24,000 bases of DNA, from the NCBI GenBank assembly GCA_963724805.1, contig CAVRWA010000012.1, forward strand, positions 94,869 through 118,868, in the 5' to 3' direction. The first letter of the stretch is position 1. Every line of letters begins with the position of its first letter. The notes under the pieces are model-generated. The model was not told where the DNA came from. It saw nothing but the letters and a program-made list of their open reading frames with translations, and ran no database searches. The DNA comes from an uncultured Actinomycetes bacterium (GTDB lineage Bacteria; Actinomycetota; Thermoleophilia; Gaiellales; Gaiellaceae). A program made the translations under genes and the position numbers. Below are positions 16,765-24,000 of this stretch, piece by piece.

Positions 16765-17703
16765 GTGATTCCGTTCTTCACCGCGGCCCACGTCGAGCGG
16801 GCCGTCACGCCCGCGCGGGCGCTCGCCGCGGTCCGCGAGGCGTTCGTCGCCTACGCCCGCGGCGAATGGACGATGCCGCCGAAGGTCTACGTGCCCGCCT
16901 ATCCGGCCGGGGACTTCCGCGCGATGCCCGCGCTCGGCGCCGGCCACGCCCTCCTGAAATGGGTGACCTCGTTCCCGGGGAACCCGGAGCGGGGCCTGCC
17001 GACGGTGACCGGGATCGTGCTCCTCTCCGACGCCTCGAACGGCGCCCTCGTCGCGGCGCTCGACGCAGGCGCGGTGACGGCGATCCGTACCGGGGCAGCG
17101 GCCGTCCTCGCGGCCGAGACGCTAGGTCGCGCCGACGCCCGGAGCGCAGCGGTGGTCGGCTGCGGCGTGAACGGGCTCGCGACGGCCCGCACGTTCCGCG
17201 CGACCGGAAGACCCGTGCTCGTCTGGGACGTCGACACGGCCCGCGCGCACGCCGCGGCGGAGCTCGTCGGCGCCGACGTCGCGGCGAGCCGCGGCGCGGC
17301 GCTCGCGGCCGACCTCGTCGCCACCGTCACCCCCGGGCGCGAGATCCTGCTCGGCGAGGGCTCGCTGCGGCCCGGCCAGCACGTGAGCCTGATGGGCGCC
17401 GACGGGCCCGGCAAGGGCGAGATCGCGGTCGCCGAGCTGGCCCGAGTGCGCGTCTTTTGCGACAGCTGGGAGCAGGCGAGCCACGGCGGCGAGCTCGCCG
17501 CGGCCGTCGAGGCAGGGCTATGCACCCGCGCCGACGTCACGGAGCTCGGCGCGGTGCTCGCGGGCGAGGCGGAGGGTCGCCGAGACGACGCCGAGGCGAC
17601 CGCGTTCGACTCGACCGGGCTCGCGATCCAGGACCTCGCGATCGCCCTCGCCGCGCTAGAGCGCGCCGGCGAGCTCGGTGACCTGCCTCAGATCCCTGTC
17701 TAG
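16765..17703 (+). CDS. Ornithine cyclodeaminase / mu-crystallin family protein
   Basis: AVREAF.AYARGEW.MPPK, LKWVTSFPGNP..GLPTV.G, TAIRTGAA, Rossmann motif AAVVGCGVNG, VTPGRE, and SLMGADGPGKGE. Confidence 0.88.
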   Translation: MIPFFTAAHVERAVTPARALAAVREAFVAYARGEWTMPPKVYVPAYPAGDFRAMPALGAGHALLKWVTSFPGNPERGLPTVTGIVLLSDASNGALVAALDAGAVTAIRTGAAAVLAAETLGRADARSAAVVGCGVNGLATARTFRATGRPVLVWDVDTARAHAAAELVGADVAASRGAALAADLVATVTPGREILLGEGSLRPGQHVSLMGADGPGKGEIAVAELARVRVFCDSWEQASHGGELAAAVEAGLCTRADVTELGAVLAGEAEGRRDDAEATAFDSTGLAIQDLAIALAALERAGELGDLPQIPV

Positions 17704-17704
17704 C

Positions 17705-18382
17705 CTAGGTGGCTACCTTCGGCTTGTTCGCGACGTGCGGCGGCGGCGCCTTGTCGTGGTCCCCCTTGAGTTCCACTCCGATCTTGGCCCACCAGTCGGC
17801 AGGAACCTTCTCGGGCACGTCCGGTCGCGTTCCCTTGCGGCCGGCCTTCACCCAGCCCGCCCAGTCGTCGAATCCCGCCGCCGGCTCGGGATCGGGGACG
17901 TTGCCCGGCACGCGGATGAAGGCGGCGCAGACGTTCCGCGGCCTGATCTTCACGTAGACCCCGTCCCCTTCACCCTGCGCGTGCCCCGTGCCGGCCACCG
18001 GGCTCGTGTTGCCCTCGACGGTCTTGATCGTCCCGTCGCCCTGCGGCTCGACGACGAAGCCGATGTGGTCGAGGTCGCCCGAGTCCCACTGGAAGCAGAC
18101 GAGGTCGCCCGCCGCCGGGGTGGACACGACCCAGCCGACCTGCTTGGCGAGGTCGTAGCTCAGCTCGACTCCGGCCGAGCGGTGGAGCTCCGCGAGCGGC
18201 CTTCCCGCCTCCTCGAAGCAGAAGTCGCAGAACGCGTCACACCACGCCCACCCCGTGCCGCCGAGACTCGTCGCAGCCTGGTACTGCCGCACGCGCGGGC
18301 CGGTGTTGTCCCCGCCCTGCTCGTGCACGTTCTTCGCCGCCTCCCCGAGTGCGATCTGGAGTGCCCGTTGCCTTGCCAGCAT
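17705..18382 (-). CDS. CHAP-domain amidase/peptidase with a Trp-rich C-terminal tail and no signal peptide
   Basis: GDNTGPRVRQY...WAWCDAFCDF supplies the catalytic Cys. GDLVCFQWDSGDLDHIGFVV supplies the His, and TVEGNTS the polar third residue. RBS GGAGGTG lies 7 nt before the ATG. The tail is DDWAGWVKAGRKGTRPDVPEKVPADWWAKI. Confidence 0.85.
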   Translation of the reverse strand: MLARQRALQIALGEAAKNVHEQGGDNTGPRVRQYQAATSLGGTGWAWCDAFCDFCFEEAGRPLAELHRSAGVELSYDLAKQVGWVVSTPAAGDLVCFQWDSGDLDHIGFVVEPQGDGTIKTVEGNTSPVAGTGHAQGEGDGVYVKIRPRNVCAAFIRVPGNVPDPEPAAGFDDWAGWVKAGRKGTRPDVPEKVPADWWAKIGVELKGDHDKAPPPHVANKPKVAT

Positions 18383-18420
18383 TGCCCTTCACCTCCGTCG
18401 CCCGATCGAATTGATGCCCT

Positions 18421-19554
18421 CTAGTGGACGCGGCCGTCGAGCAGCCGCGTCGGATCGAACAGCTCGAGCTCCGGTGAGCTGCCACCGAGGATAGCCCTCG
18501 CAACCAGGTCACCACAACCGAAGCCGAGCACATTGCCGTGGCCGCTGTAGCCGGCGGCCACCCACACTCCCTCGTGGCCCAGGACAGGCCCCACGAGGGG
18601 GAGCATGTCCTGCGTGAGACCGAAGATCCCGGCCCAGCGGTGGCTCACCGGCGGGTCGTAGCCGAGAAGCTCGCGCAGGTAGGCGTCGAGCGCCTCCTGG
18701 ATCACGGGCGTCGTCACCTCCTCGTCGGTCAGCTCGGACATGATCGAGAAGTCGCGGAAGCCGCCCAGCACGAGGCGACCGTCCGGGAGCTGCTGCCAGT
18801 AGTCGAAGCCGCCCCGGGAGTAGTGCGGCCTGTCGTACAACCGCTCGGGCAGCGGCTCGGTGGCGACGACCTGGCCGCGGGCGGGCCAGATCGCCTCGTC
18901 GAGCTCGGGCAGAAGCCCGCGCGAGTAGCCGTCGGTCGCGAGCACGACGTGCTCGGCGTCGAGCTCGTCGAGGCTCCCGACCCGGCGTCCCTCGCAGAGC
19001 TCGACGCCGGCATCGGCCGCGAGCCCGGCGACCCGACGAACGAACTGTGCCGGTTGGATCGACGCGTCGACCGGGTGGAAGATCGCGCCGTGGAAGCTCT
19101 CGAGCTGCGGCGGCAGGTCGTCGCGCCATTCCGCCTCGAACCCATCCTCCCGCAGCGCCTCGAACTCGGCGAGGATCTGCCCGCGCTCCTCCTCGTCAGC
19201 GGCGAGGCGCAGACTGCCGGTGCGACGAAGCGCGCCCTCGCCGAGCTCGACCATCCGCTCGAGGCAGTCCTCCGTCCAGCGCCACAGGCTCGCCGCGGCG
19301 GCAGCGCCGTACGACTCGCGGGCCACGTCGTATCGGGCCGCGCCGCCGCGCAGCGCAAAGCCGCCGTTTCGCCCGCTCGCGCCCTCGGCGATCCCGCGCG
19401 CGTCGTGGATGCGAACGCGCAGCCCCGCAGCGGCGAGAGCGAGCGCGCACGAGCAGCCGGTGACGCCACCGCCGATGATCGCGACGTCGACGCGGCCGTC
19501 GTGGCGCGGCCCCGGCCGGACGGCCGGGACGTGCTCGAGCCAGTAGGGCTCCAT
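18421..19554 (-). CDS. FAD-dependent oxidoreductase (DAO / glycine-sarcosine oxidase-like family)
   Basis: N-terminal dinucleotide fold VDVAIIGGGVTGCSCALALAAAGLRV.IHD, SGRNGGF, and C-terminal VAAGYSGHGN. The start codon lies 9 nt after the stop of the upstream propeller gene. Confidence 0.9.
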   Translation of the reverse strand: MEPYWLEHVPAVRPGPRHDGRVDVAIIGGGVTGCSCALALAAAGLRVRIHDARGIAEGASGRNGGFALRGGAARYDVARESYGAAAAASLWRWTEDCLERMVELGEGALRRTGSLRLAADEEERGQILAEFEALREDGFEAEWRDDLPPQLESFHGAIFHPVDASIQPAQFVRRVAGLAADAGVELCEGRRVGSLDELDAEHVVLATDGYSRGLLPELDEAIWPARGQVVATEPLPERLYDRPHYSRGGFDYWQQLPDGRLVLGGFRDFSIMSELTDEEVTTPVIQEALDAYLRELLGYDPPVSHRWAGIFGLTQDMLPLVGPVLGHEGVWVAAGYSGHGNVLGFGCGDLVARAILGGSSPELELFDPTRLLDGRVH

Positions 19555-19563
19555 GGTCCGATC

Positions 19564-21630
19564 CTACGGCAGCAGGATCGTGATCGACTTGTGGTAGCCG
19601 GCCTCGTGGATGTACGACCAGCCGTCGATCACCCGATCCCACACGTCGAGGTAGAAGGTATGGGCGCAGTGCGTCGAGGGCCAGGTGCCGTCGTTCGCCT
19701 CCCAGCCGGGCGCGGGCGGGGCCACGACGCCCGAGATCCCGGCCCAGATCGGTGCCCCGCCGAGGTGGTTCGCGTAGGTGTCCGAGGCCACCGCCGCAGA
19801 GGCGTTGTCACCCCACATCGCGCCGAGGTACCAGCTCTTCAGGTGCCCGTCCGGGTCGCTCGCGGTGACGTCGAACGAGAACTTCGAGCTTCCCGAGGTG
19901 ACGACCGCACAGGTGCCGACGGCCGCCCCGTCGTGGAGGATCGAGTTGATCACCGCAGTCGGCCAGCGATTGTCGATCTTCAGCGTCACCGTCCGCCCGG
20001 GGTCGGTCAGGTTGCCGATCTCCGACGCCGCGTTCGCCGCGGAGTAGAGCCTGATCCCGATCGCGTGGAGCGCGTTCGTCAGCGCCGTGCTGTCGGCGTA
20101 GTAGCCGAGGAAGTGGTTGTACCAGAGCTCCGCCGGGCTCCTGACCGCGTAGAACCCCGTCGCGCTCGGCGTGACGGTACGGAGCACGAACCTGCTCGTC
20201 GGGTTGTCCCACCGATAGTCGCTGAACGGCTGTCGCTGCTCGACGCCGTCGATGAACACCTTGTAGTACCGGGCGCCCTCGGCGTAGGCGCGGTCGTGGT
20301 TGATCATCGCCGGCAGCGATCCGCCGAACGGCGAGTCCTTCACCTGGAAGAAGTAGCCGGGGTCGGTCGTCGCGTAACCGCCGACGATTTCGGTCGCCGG
20401 CACGTGGCCGATGCCCAGCATGATGTCGCCCGACGCCCGGTAGATGGAGCTCGCGCCCAGTCTGATCTCGTCGATTTCGCTGTCGCAGCAGACGAGGAGG
20501 TCGCTCGCCGCGACGACGGCGACGCTCGAGGGCCGGAACGGCGTCCCCACGACCAGCTTCGAGATCTGGGCCGGGGCGTGCGTCAGGTCGACGAGCCAGA
20601 TCTCGTCGCTCGGATCGCGTTCGGTGACGAGGAACGACCCCTCGCCGGGATCTGACCAGCGCAGGAAGAAGAGCGGTGCGTCGGAGCCGGTGAACAGGAT
20701 CTCGCGCCGTCCGGTCGAGAGCTCGATCCGGCTCAGCCTTCCGTGGCCGCCCGCGAGCTGCTCCGTCACGTAGGCGAACGCGGCGTCGCTCGTGACGATG
20801 AGCCCGATCGGATTCGTGAGATCGGGCACCACCGTTGTCGCTGCTCCGCTGCCGAGGTTGATCCGAAGCAGGCGCCCCGGGCTCGCGAACTCGACCACGT
20901 GGGCGACGTTGCGCGCCTCGTCGAGCGAGATCTGGTGCGGTGCCGTCATCCCGCCGTGGACGACCACCGCGGCCCCGCGATTGGCGTTCGAGAGGTCGAC
21001 ACGGAGCAGGTTGCCGCTTCGCTCGGTCACGTACGCGTGCGTCTCGTCGGCCGTCACGACGACGTCCTCCGGCTGGTTGTAGCCGGTGCCGATCACCTGG
21101 TAGGCGGAAGCGAGCCGGTATGTCGTCCACGTGAGATGGAGGTCGTACCCGTAGGAGACGACCTGCACCTTCGCGTAGTTGCCCAGGTTCGTGCGTACCG
21201 CGAAGACGTCGCCCGGGGTGAGCAGGTTCGTCGCGTCGTTGTTGCCGTTGATCCCGTTCGTCCCGTAGGTGAGCGTCTGCAGCACGGCGGGCGTGACGTT
21301 TGCGAAGTTGACATGGCCCAGGTTGATGATCCGTGCGCCGCCGCTGGCCTCGAGGCTGCGCCTGGTCGCGGTGTGCTGCTCCCACCAGACGTCGCCGCTC
21401 GTCCCCTCGTGGCCCGCGTCGAAGTCGAAGAGCCAGGTTCCCCGCAGGGTTGCGGTCCCCGAGGAGACCGTCGCCGCGACCGGTCGCACCAGGCTGAGCC
21501 GCGAGAGCCGACCCGCGAACTCGACGAAGATCAGGTCGTTGTGCGCCTGCCGGTACGAACAGCCGATCGCGCCGCCGAGGCCGGTCGCGCGCTGCTCGGT
21601 CGAGGGTGTCGTGAGCACGGGCATGGGCAT
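19564..21630 (-). CDS. Hypothetical 688-aa multi-domain protein with a central YVTN/NHL-like beta-propeller repeat region
   Basis: The ATG at 21630 is preceded by GAGGAGGAAGCC, so I prefer it to the 704-aa extension. There are four to five copies, about 45 aa apart, of the motif [AF][YHL]V[TV]E-x3-6-G-x-L-x-R-[IV]-[DNE]-L: AYVTERSGNLLRVDL, AHVVEFASPGRLLRINL, AYVTEQLAGGHGRLSRIEL, FLVTERDPSDEIWLVDL. The flanking N-terminal (~180 aa) and C-terminal (~295 aa) regions match no family I recognise. No signal peptide or TM helix is apparent. Confidence 0.8.
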   Translation of the reverse strand: MPMPVLTTPSTEQRATGLGGAIGCSYRQAHNDLIFVEFAGRLSRLSLVRPVAATVSSGTATLRGTWLFDFDAGHEGTSGDVWWEQHTATRRSLEASGGARIINLGHVNFANVTPAVLQTLTYGTNGINGNNDATNLLTPGDVFAVRTNLGNYAKVQVVSYGYDLHLTWTTYRLASAYQVIGTGYNQPEDVVVTADETHAYVTERSGNLLRVDLSNANRGAAVVVHGGMTAPHQISLDEARNVAHVVEFASPGRLLRINLGSGAATTVVPDLTNPIGLIVTSDAAFAYVTEQLAGGHGRLSRIELSTGRREILFTGSDAPLFFLRWSDPGEGSFLVTERDPSDEIWLVDLTHAPAQISKLVVGTPFRPSSVAVVAASDLLVCCDSEIDEIRLGASSIYRASGDIMLGIGHVPATEIVGGYATTDPGYFFQVKDSPFGGSLPAMINHDRAYAEGARYYKVFIDGVEQRQPFSDYRWDNPTSRFVLRTVTPSATGFYAVRSPAELWYNHFLGYYADSTALTNALHAIGIRLYSAANAASEIGNLTDPGRTVTLKIDNRWPTAVINSILHDGAAVGTCAVVTSGSSKFSFDVTASDPDGHLKSWYLGAMWGDNASAAVASDTYANHLGGAPIWAGISGVVAPPAPGWEANDGTWPSTHCAHTFYLDVWDRVIDGWSYIHEAGYHKSITILLP

Positions 21631-21747
21631 GGCTTCCTCCTCGTCGACGCGAGAGGGCGCACTCGTCCACCGCCGCAAAGCAGGCGGGACACCCGATTGC
21701 CCTCGATGCTGGCACCGACGGGGCGGGATTTCAAGCCGAAGACCGAG

Positions 21748-22008
21748 CTAGGTTCCGAGCTCTTCGACGACGTCGTCCGCGTGCAGGCTCCAGCCCGAGA
21801 GGCGGGCGTTCGTCGCGTGCAGCTCCTGCACGGTCTCGGCGATCGGGTCGGCGATGTCCTCCGCCACGATCCGCGCGGCCTGCTCCTCGTCCTCGGCGAG
21901 CACGCGGAGGCGCAGCGCAACGTGCACCTCGTATCGGCGCAGCCGTGTCAAGCGTGTCTCCGAGTCAGTTGCCGCATCCGCAGTGCCGTTCAGATCCTTA
22001 GACGTCAT
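21748..22008 (-). CDS. Hypothetical small acidic protein (86 aa), translationally coupled to dprA
   Basis: The ATG at 22008 overlaps the dprA TGA (ATGA). GC3 is high. 18 of 86 residues are Asp/Glu. The pattern YEVHVALRLRVLA - EDEEQAARIVAEDIADPIAETVQEL - SGWSLHADDV suggests a strand-helix-strand fold. Confidence 0.6.
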   Translation of the reverse strand: MTSKDLNGTADAATDSETRLTRLRRYEVHVALRLRVLAEDEEQAARIVAEDIADPIAETVQELHATNARLSGWSLHADDVVEELGT

Positions 22009-23033
22009 CGGCACGGGTTTGGCACTGTTCTATCGCCCAAGTGAGGGGTCGGTCGCGCCCGGTAGATCCCGTCCGACGCGACGACGAGCCCTGCCAGCTC
22101 GAGCTCGGTGAGCGCGCCCGCCAGCTCGGCGGCGCCGAGGCCGGTGGTACGGGCCAGCTCGTCGATCCCGGCCGGCGCGTCTGCGAGGCGCTCGAGCACC
22201 TGCATCGCCGTGGGCCCCACTGCCGGGGAAGCCGGAGCGACCGTCACCTCGAGCCCGAACCACTCGAGCACGTCCTCCACCCGGGTCAGCGGGGTCGCAC
22301 CGAGCCTCAGCAGGGCGTTCGTGCCCGCGGAGAGCGCCGAGGTGATCTCGCCGGGACAGGCCAGCACCTCGCGCCCTTCTTCGAGCGCGAGGTCGGCCGT
22401 GATGAGCGCTCCGCTGCGCTCGCGAGCCTCGACGACCACCGTCGCGCGGGCAAGACCGGCGATGATCCGGTTTCGGGCGGGGAACCGCCAGGGCGCGGGC
22501 TCCACACCGGGTGCGTACTCGGAGACGACGAGCCCGTGCTCACCGATCTCCCGGGCGAGGCCCGCGTGGGCAGCCGGGTAGTCGCGGTCGATCCCGCAGC
22601 CGAGCACGCCGACCGTCGGCCCTCCCACCTCGAGTGCGCCCCGGTGAGCGGCGCCGTCGACTCCGCGGGCCAGGCCGCTGACGACGACCAGGCCCGCCGC
22701 GGCGAGCTCGCGGCCGAGCATCCGCGCCACTTCGGCTCCGTATGCCGAGCAGGCGCGGGCGCCGACGACCGCCACCGCCGCCCGCGAGAGCAGCTCGACC
22801 TCGGCGGCTCCTCGCAGGAAGAGACCCGGCGGAGGGTCGTGGATCGCGCGCAGGAGCGGTGGGAAGCCGAGGCCGGAGCGGCTCACGAAGCGCAGTCCCC
22901 GGCTTTCGAGCTGCGCGAGGTAGGCGCGCTCGTCGAAGCGACGGCGGAAGACGGCGAAGCGTGCGGACCGCGGCGGGTCCAGCGTGTGCACACCCGTCTC
23001 GGCCGCGAACGCTGCGACCACGAGCTCGCTCAC
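22005..23033 (-). CDS. dprA: DNA processing protein DprA
   Basis: VVSGLARGVDGAAHRGAL, VGVLGCGIDRDYP, and RFPARNRIIAGLA..TVVVEA...SGALITA. The C-terminal winged-helix-like region is DELARTTGLGAAELAGALTELELAGLV. The GTG at 23033 overlaps the comM TGA. Confidence 0.93.
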   Translation of the reverse strand: MSELVVAAFAAETGVHTLDPPRSARFAVFRRRFDERAYLAQLESRGLRFVSRSGLGFPPLLRAIHDPPPGLFLRGAAEVELLSRAAVAVVGARACSAYGAEVARMLGRELAAAGLVVVSGLARGVDGAAHRGALEVGGPTVGVLGCGIDRDYPAAHAGLAREIGEHGLVVSEYAPGVEPAPWRFPARNRIIAGLARATVVVEARERSGALITADLALEEGREVLACPGEITSALSAGTNALLRLGATPLTRVEDVLEWFGLEVTVAPASPAVGPTAMQVLERLADAPAGIDELARTTGLGAAELAGALTELELAGLVVASDGIYRARPTPHLGDRTVPNPCR

Positions 23034-24000
23034 CGTGTGACGAGCTCCGACGGCGCACGATACGAGAGCGCTTCTGCGACGTGCTCTGCTCCGGCCTGGT
23101 CGGCGCCGGCAAGTGCCGCCGCGGTCTGGGCGACCCGCGCGACGCGCGCCCTGCCGCGTCCAGACAACGGCAGCCGCTCGACCGCCCGCGCCAGCAGCTC
23201 GTCGGCCTCACGGGTGAGCCTGACCGGCTCACGCCTCAGCCGTGCCCGAGCCGCCACGACACGCGGCCGCACCGTCGCCGACGGTTCGCCCGGCGCGCCT
23301 CCGAGCTCCCGTGCACGGGGGCGGGGCACGGCGACGACGAGATCGAAGCGGTCGAGCAGAGCACGCGAGAGCTTGTCGCGGAAGCGCGCGAGCCGCTGCG
23401 CCGAGCAGGAGCACTCTGCGGCCGGGTCGCCTCGCGCACCGCACGGGCATAGATTCATCGTCCCGATCAGCTGGAAGCGCGCCGGAAACTGTGCCTGGCC
23501 GCCCGCGCGTGCGACGCTGATCACGCCGTCTTCGAGAGGCTGGCGGAGCGCCTCCAGCGCAGGCCTCGCGAACTCGGCGAGCTCGTCGAGCAGCAGCACG
23601 CCGTGGTGGGCGAGGCTCGCCTCGCCCGGCCTCGGGCCGGGGCCGCCTCCGACGACCGCGGGCGCCGACGCAGTGTGGTGCGGAGCACGGAACGGCGGCG
23701 CGGTCACGAGCGGCGACTCTGGGCGGAGCAGTCCTGCAACGGAATGGATCCGGGTGACCTCGATCGCCTCCGACTCGCCGAGCGGCGGCAGGATCCCGGG
23801 CAACCGTCGCGCTAGCATCGTCTTGCCCGTCCCGGGGGGCCCGGCGAGCAGGAGATTGTGGCCTCCCGCGGCTGCGAGCTCGAGCGCGCGACGCGCACGC
23901 TCCTGGCCCCGCACGTCTGCCAGATCGGGCGGCTCCGGCGCGGCCCTGCCGTTCGGAGGCGGATCGTAGGGCGGCGGGTCGCGCTCGCCGCGGAGGTAGG
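23030..24000 (-). CDS. comM: YifB/ComM family Mg-chelatase-like AAA+ ATPase (5' end lies outside the window)
   Basis: The frame stays open to base 24000 (...PPDLADVRGQERARRALELAAAGGHNLLL). Walker A AGPPGTGKTML and Walker B GVLLLDELAEF are present, as are ARFQLIGTMNLCPCG and the C-terminal LSGRGRARVARVAQTAAALAG. The listed 294-aa ORF starts at an internal GTG. Confidence 0.92.
   Translation of the reverse strand, partial: YLRGERDPPPYDPPPNGRAAPEPPDLADVRGQERARRALELAAAGGHNLLLAGPPGTGKTMLARRLPGILPPLGESEAIEVTRIHSVAGLLRPESPLVTAPPFRAPHHTASAPAVVGGGPGPRPGEASLAHHGVLLLDELAEFARPALEALRQPLEDGVISVARAGGQAQFPARFQLIGTMNLCPCGARGDPAAECSCSAQRLARFRDKLSRALLDRFDLVVAVPRPRARELGGAPGEPSATVRPRVVAARARLRREPVRLTREADELLARAVERLPLSGRGRARVARVAQTAAALAGADQAGAEHVAEALSYRAPSELVTR

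Noticed and set aside
18538-20655. A 705-aa ORF on the + strand, opposite the FAD oxidoreductase and propeller genes.
   Set aside because: It crosses a gene boundary on the other strand, its product is R/A/G/D-rich and motif-free, and both minus-strand genes have recognisable motifs and RBSs.
21631-21678. A 16-codon upstream extension of the propeller gene (the 704-aa version).
   Set aside because: The extension would read through the GAGGAGGA ribosome-binding site that sits at the right distance from the ATG at 21630.
22041-23969. A 642-aa ORF on the + strand, opposite dprA and comM.
   Set aside because: It is antisense to two unambiguous genes. Its product is Arg/Ala/Ser/Gly low-complexity sequence.
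1-24000. I looked for CRISPR arrays, tRNA/rRNA genes, transposase/integrase genes and long direct repeats.
   Set aside because: I saw no regularly spaced direct repeats, cloverleaf-capable intergenic segments or recombinase motifs. The intergenic space is very small apart from 9174-9278, 9474-9577, 15108-15287 and 21631-21747, which I examined individually.

Overview
This is a compact, high-GC chromosomal segment: single 60-nt lines I hand-counted gave 73-77% GC in the addA/addB region. It looks like an Actinomycetota-type genome, with frequent GTG/TTG starts, seven 1-4-nt start/stop overlaps (GTGA, ATGA, TGATG), convergent genes that abut with no spacer, and very long spurious antisense ORFs. 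I support 24 protein-coding genes and found no rRNA, tRNA, CRISPR array, transposase or integrase. Gene order: rmuC (5'-truncated), trxB and a zinc-ribbon/PAS protein on +. Then the addB-addA-nth operon on -, preceded by a 64-aa zinc-ribbon protein. Then a short IDH-like dehydrogenase (+), a stand-alone HD-GYP protein (-), a DedA membrane protein (-), a small ORF plus split transhydrogenase pntAA-pntAB-pntB (+), an ABC-2 exporter pair (-) and an ornithine cyclodeaminase-family gene (+). The window ends with a long minus-strand run: comM (5'-truncated), dprA, an 86-aa acidic ORF, a 688-aa multi-domain beta-propeller protein, a DAO-type FAD oxidoreductase and a signal-less CHAP amidase. Most of the window is ordinary housekeeping. 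The best candidate for something undescribed is the propeller / FAD oxidoreductase / CHAP operon (17705-21630) and the small ORF coupled to dprA just upstream. Secondary curiosities: an addB-addA-nth operon in which all three products carry a four-Cys (Fe-S type) signature; two small CxxC...CxxC proteins flanking that operon; a 166-bp intergenic unit bounded by perfect 19-nt inverted repeats; and a GTSAC half-site array at 11-bp phasing over the HD-GYP start. All functional calls rest on motif recognition by eye. No database search was run.
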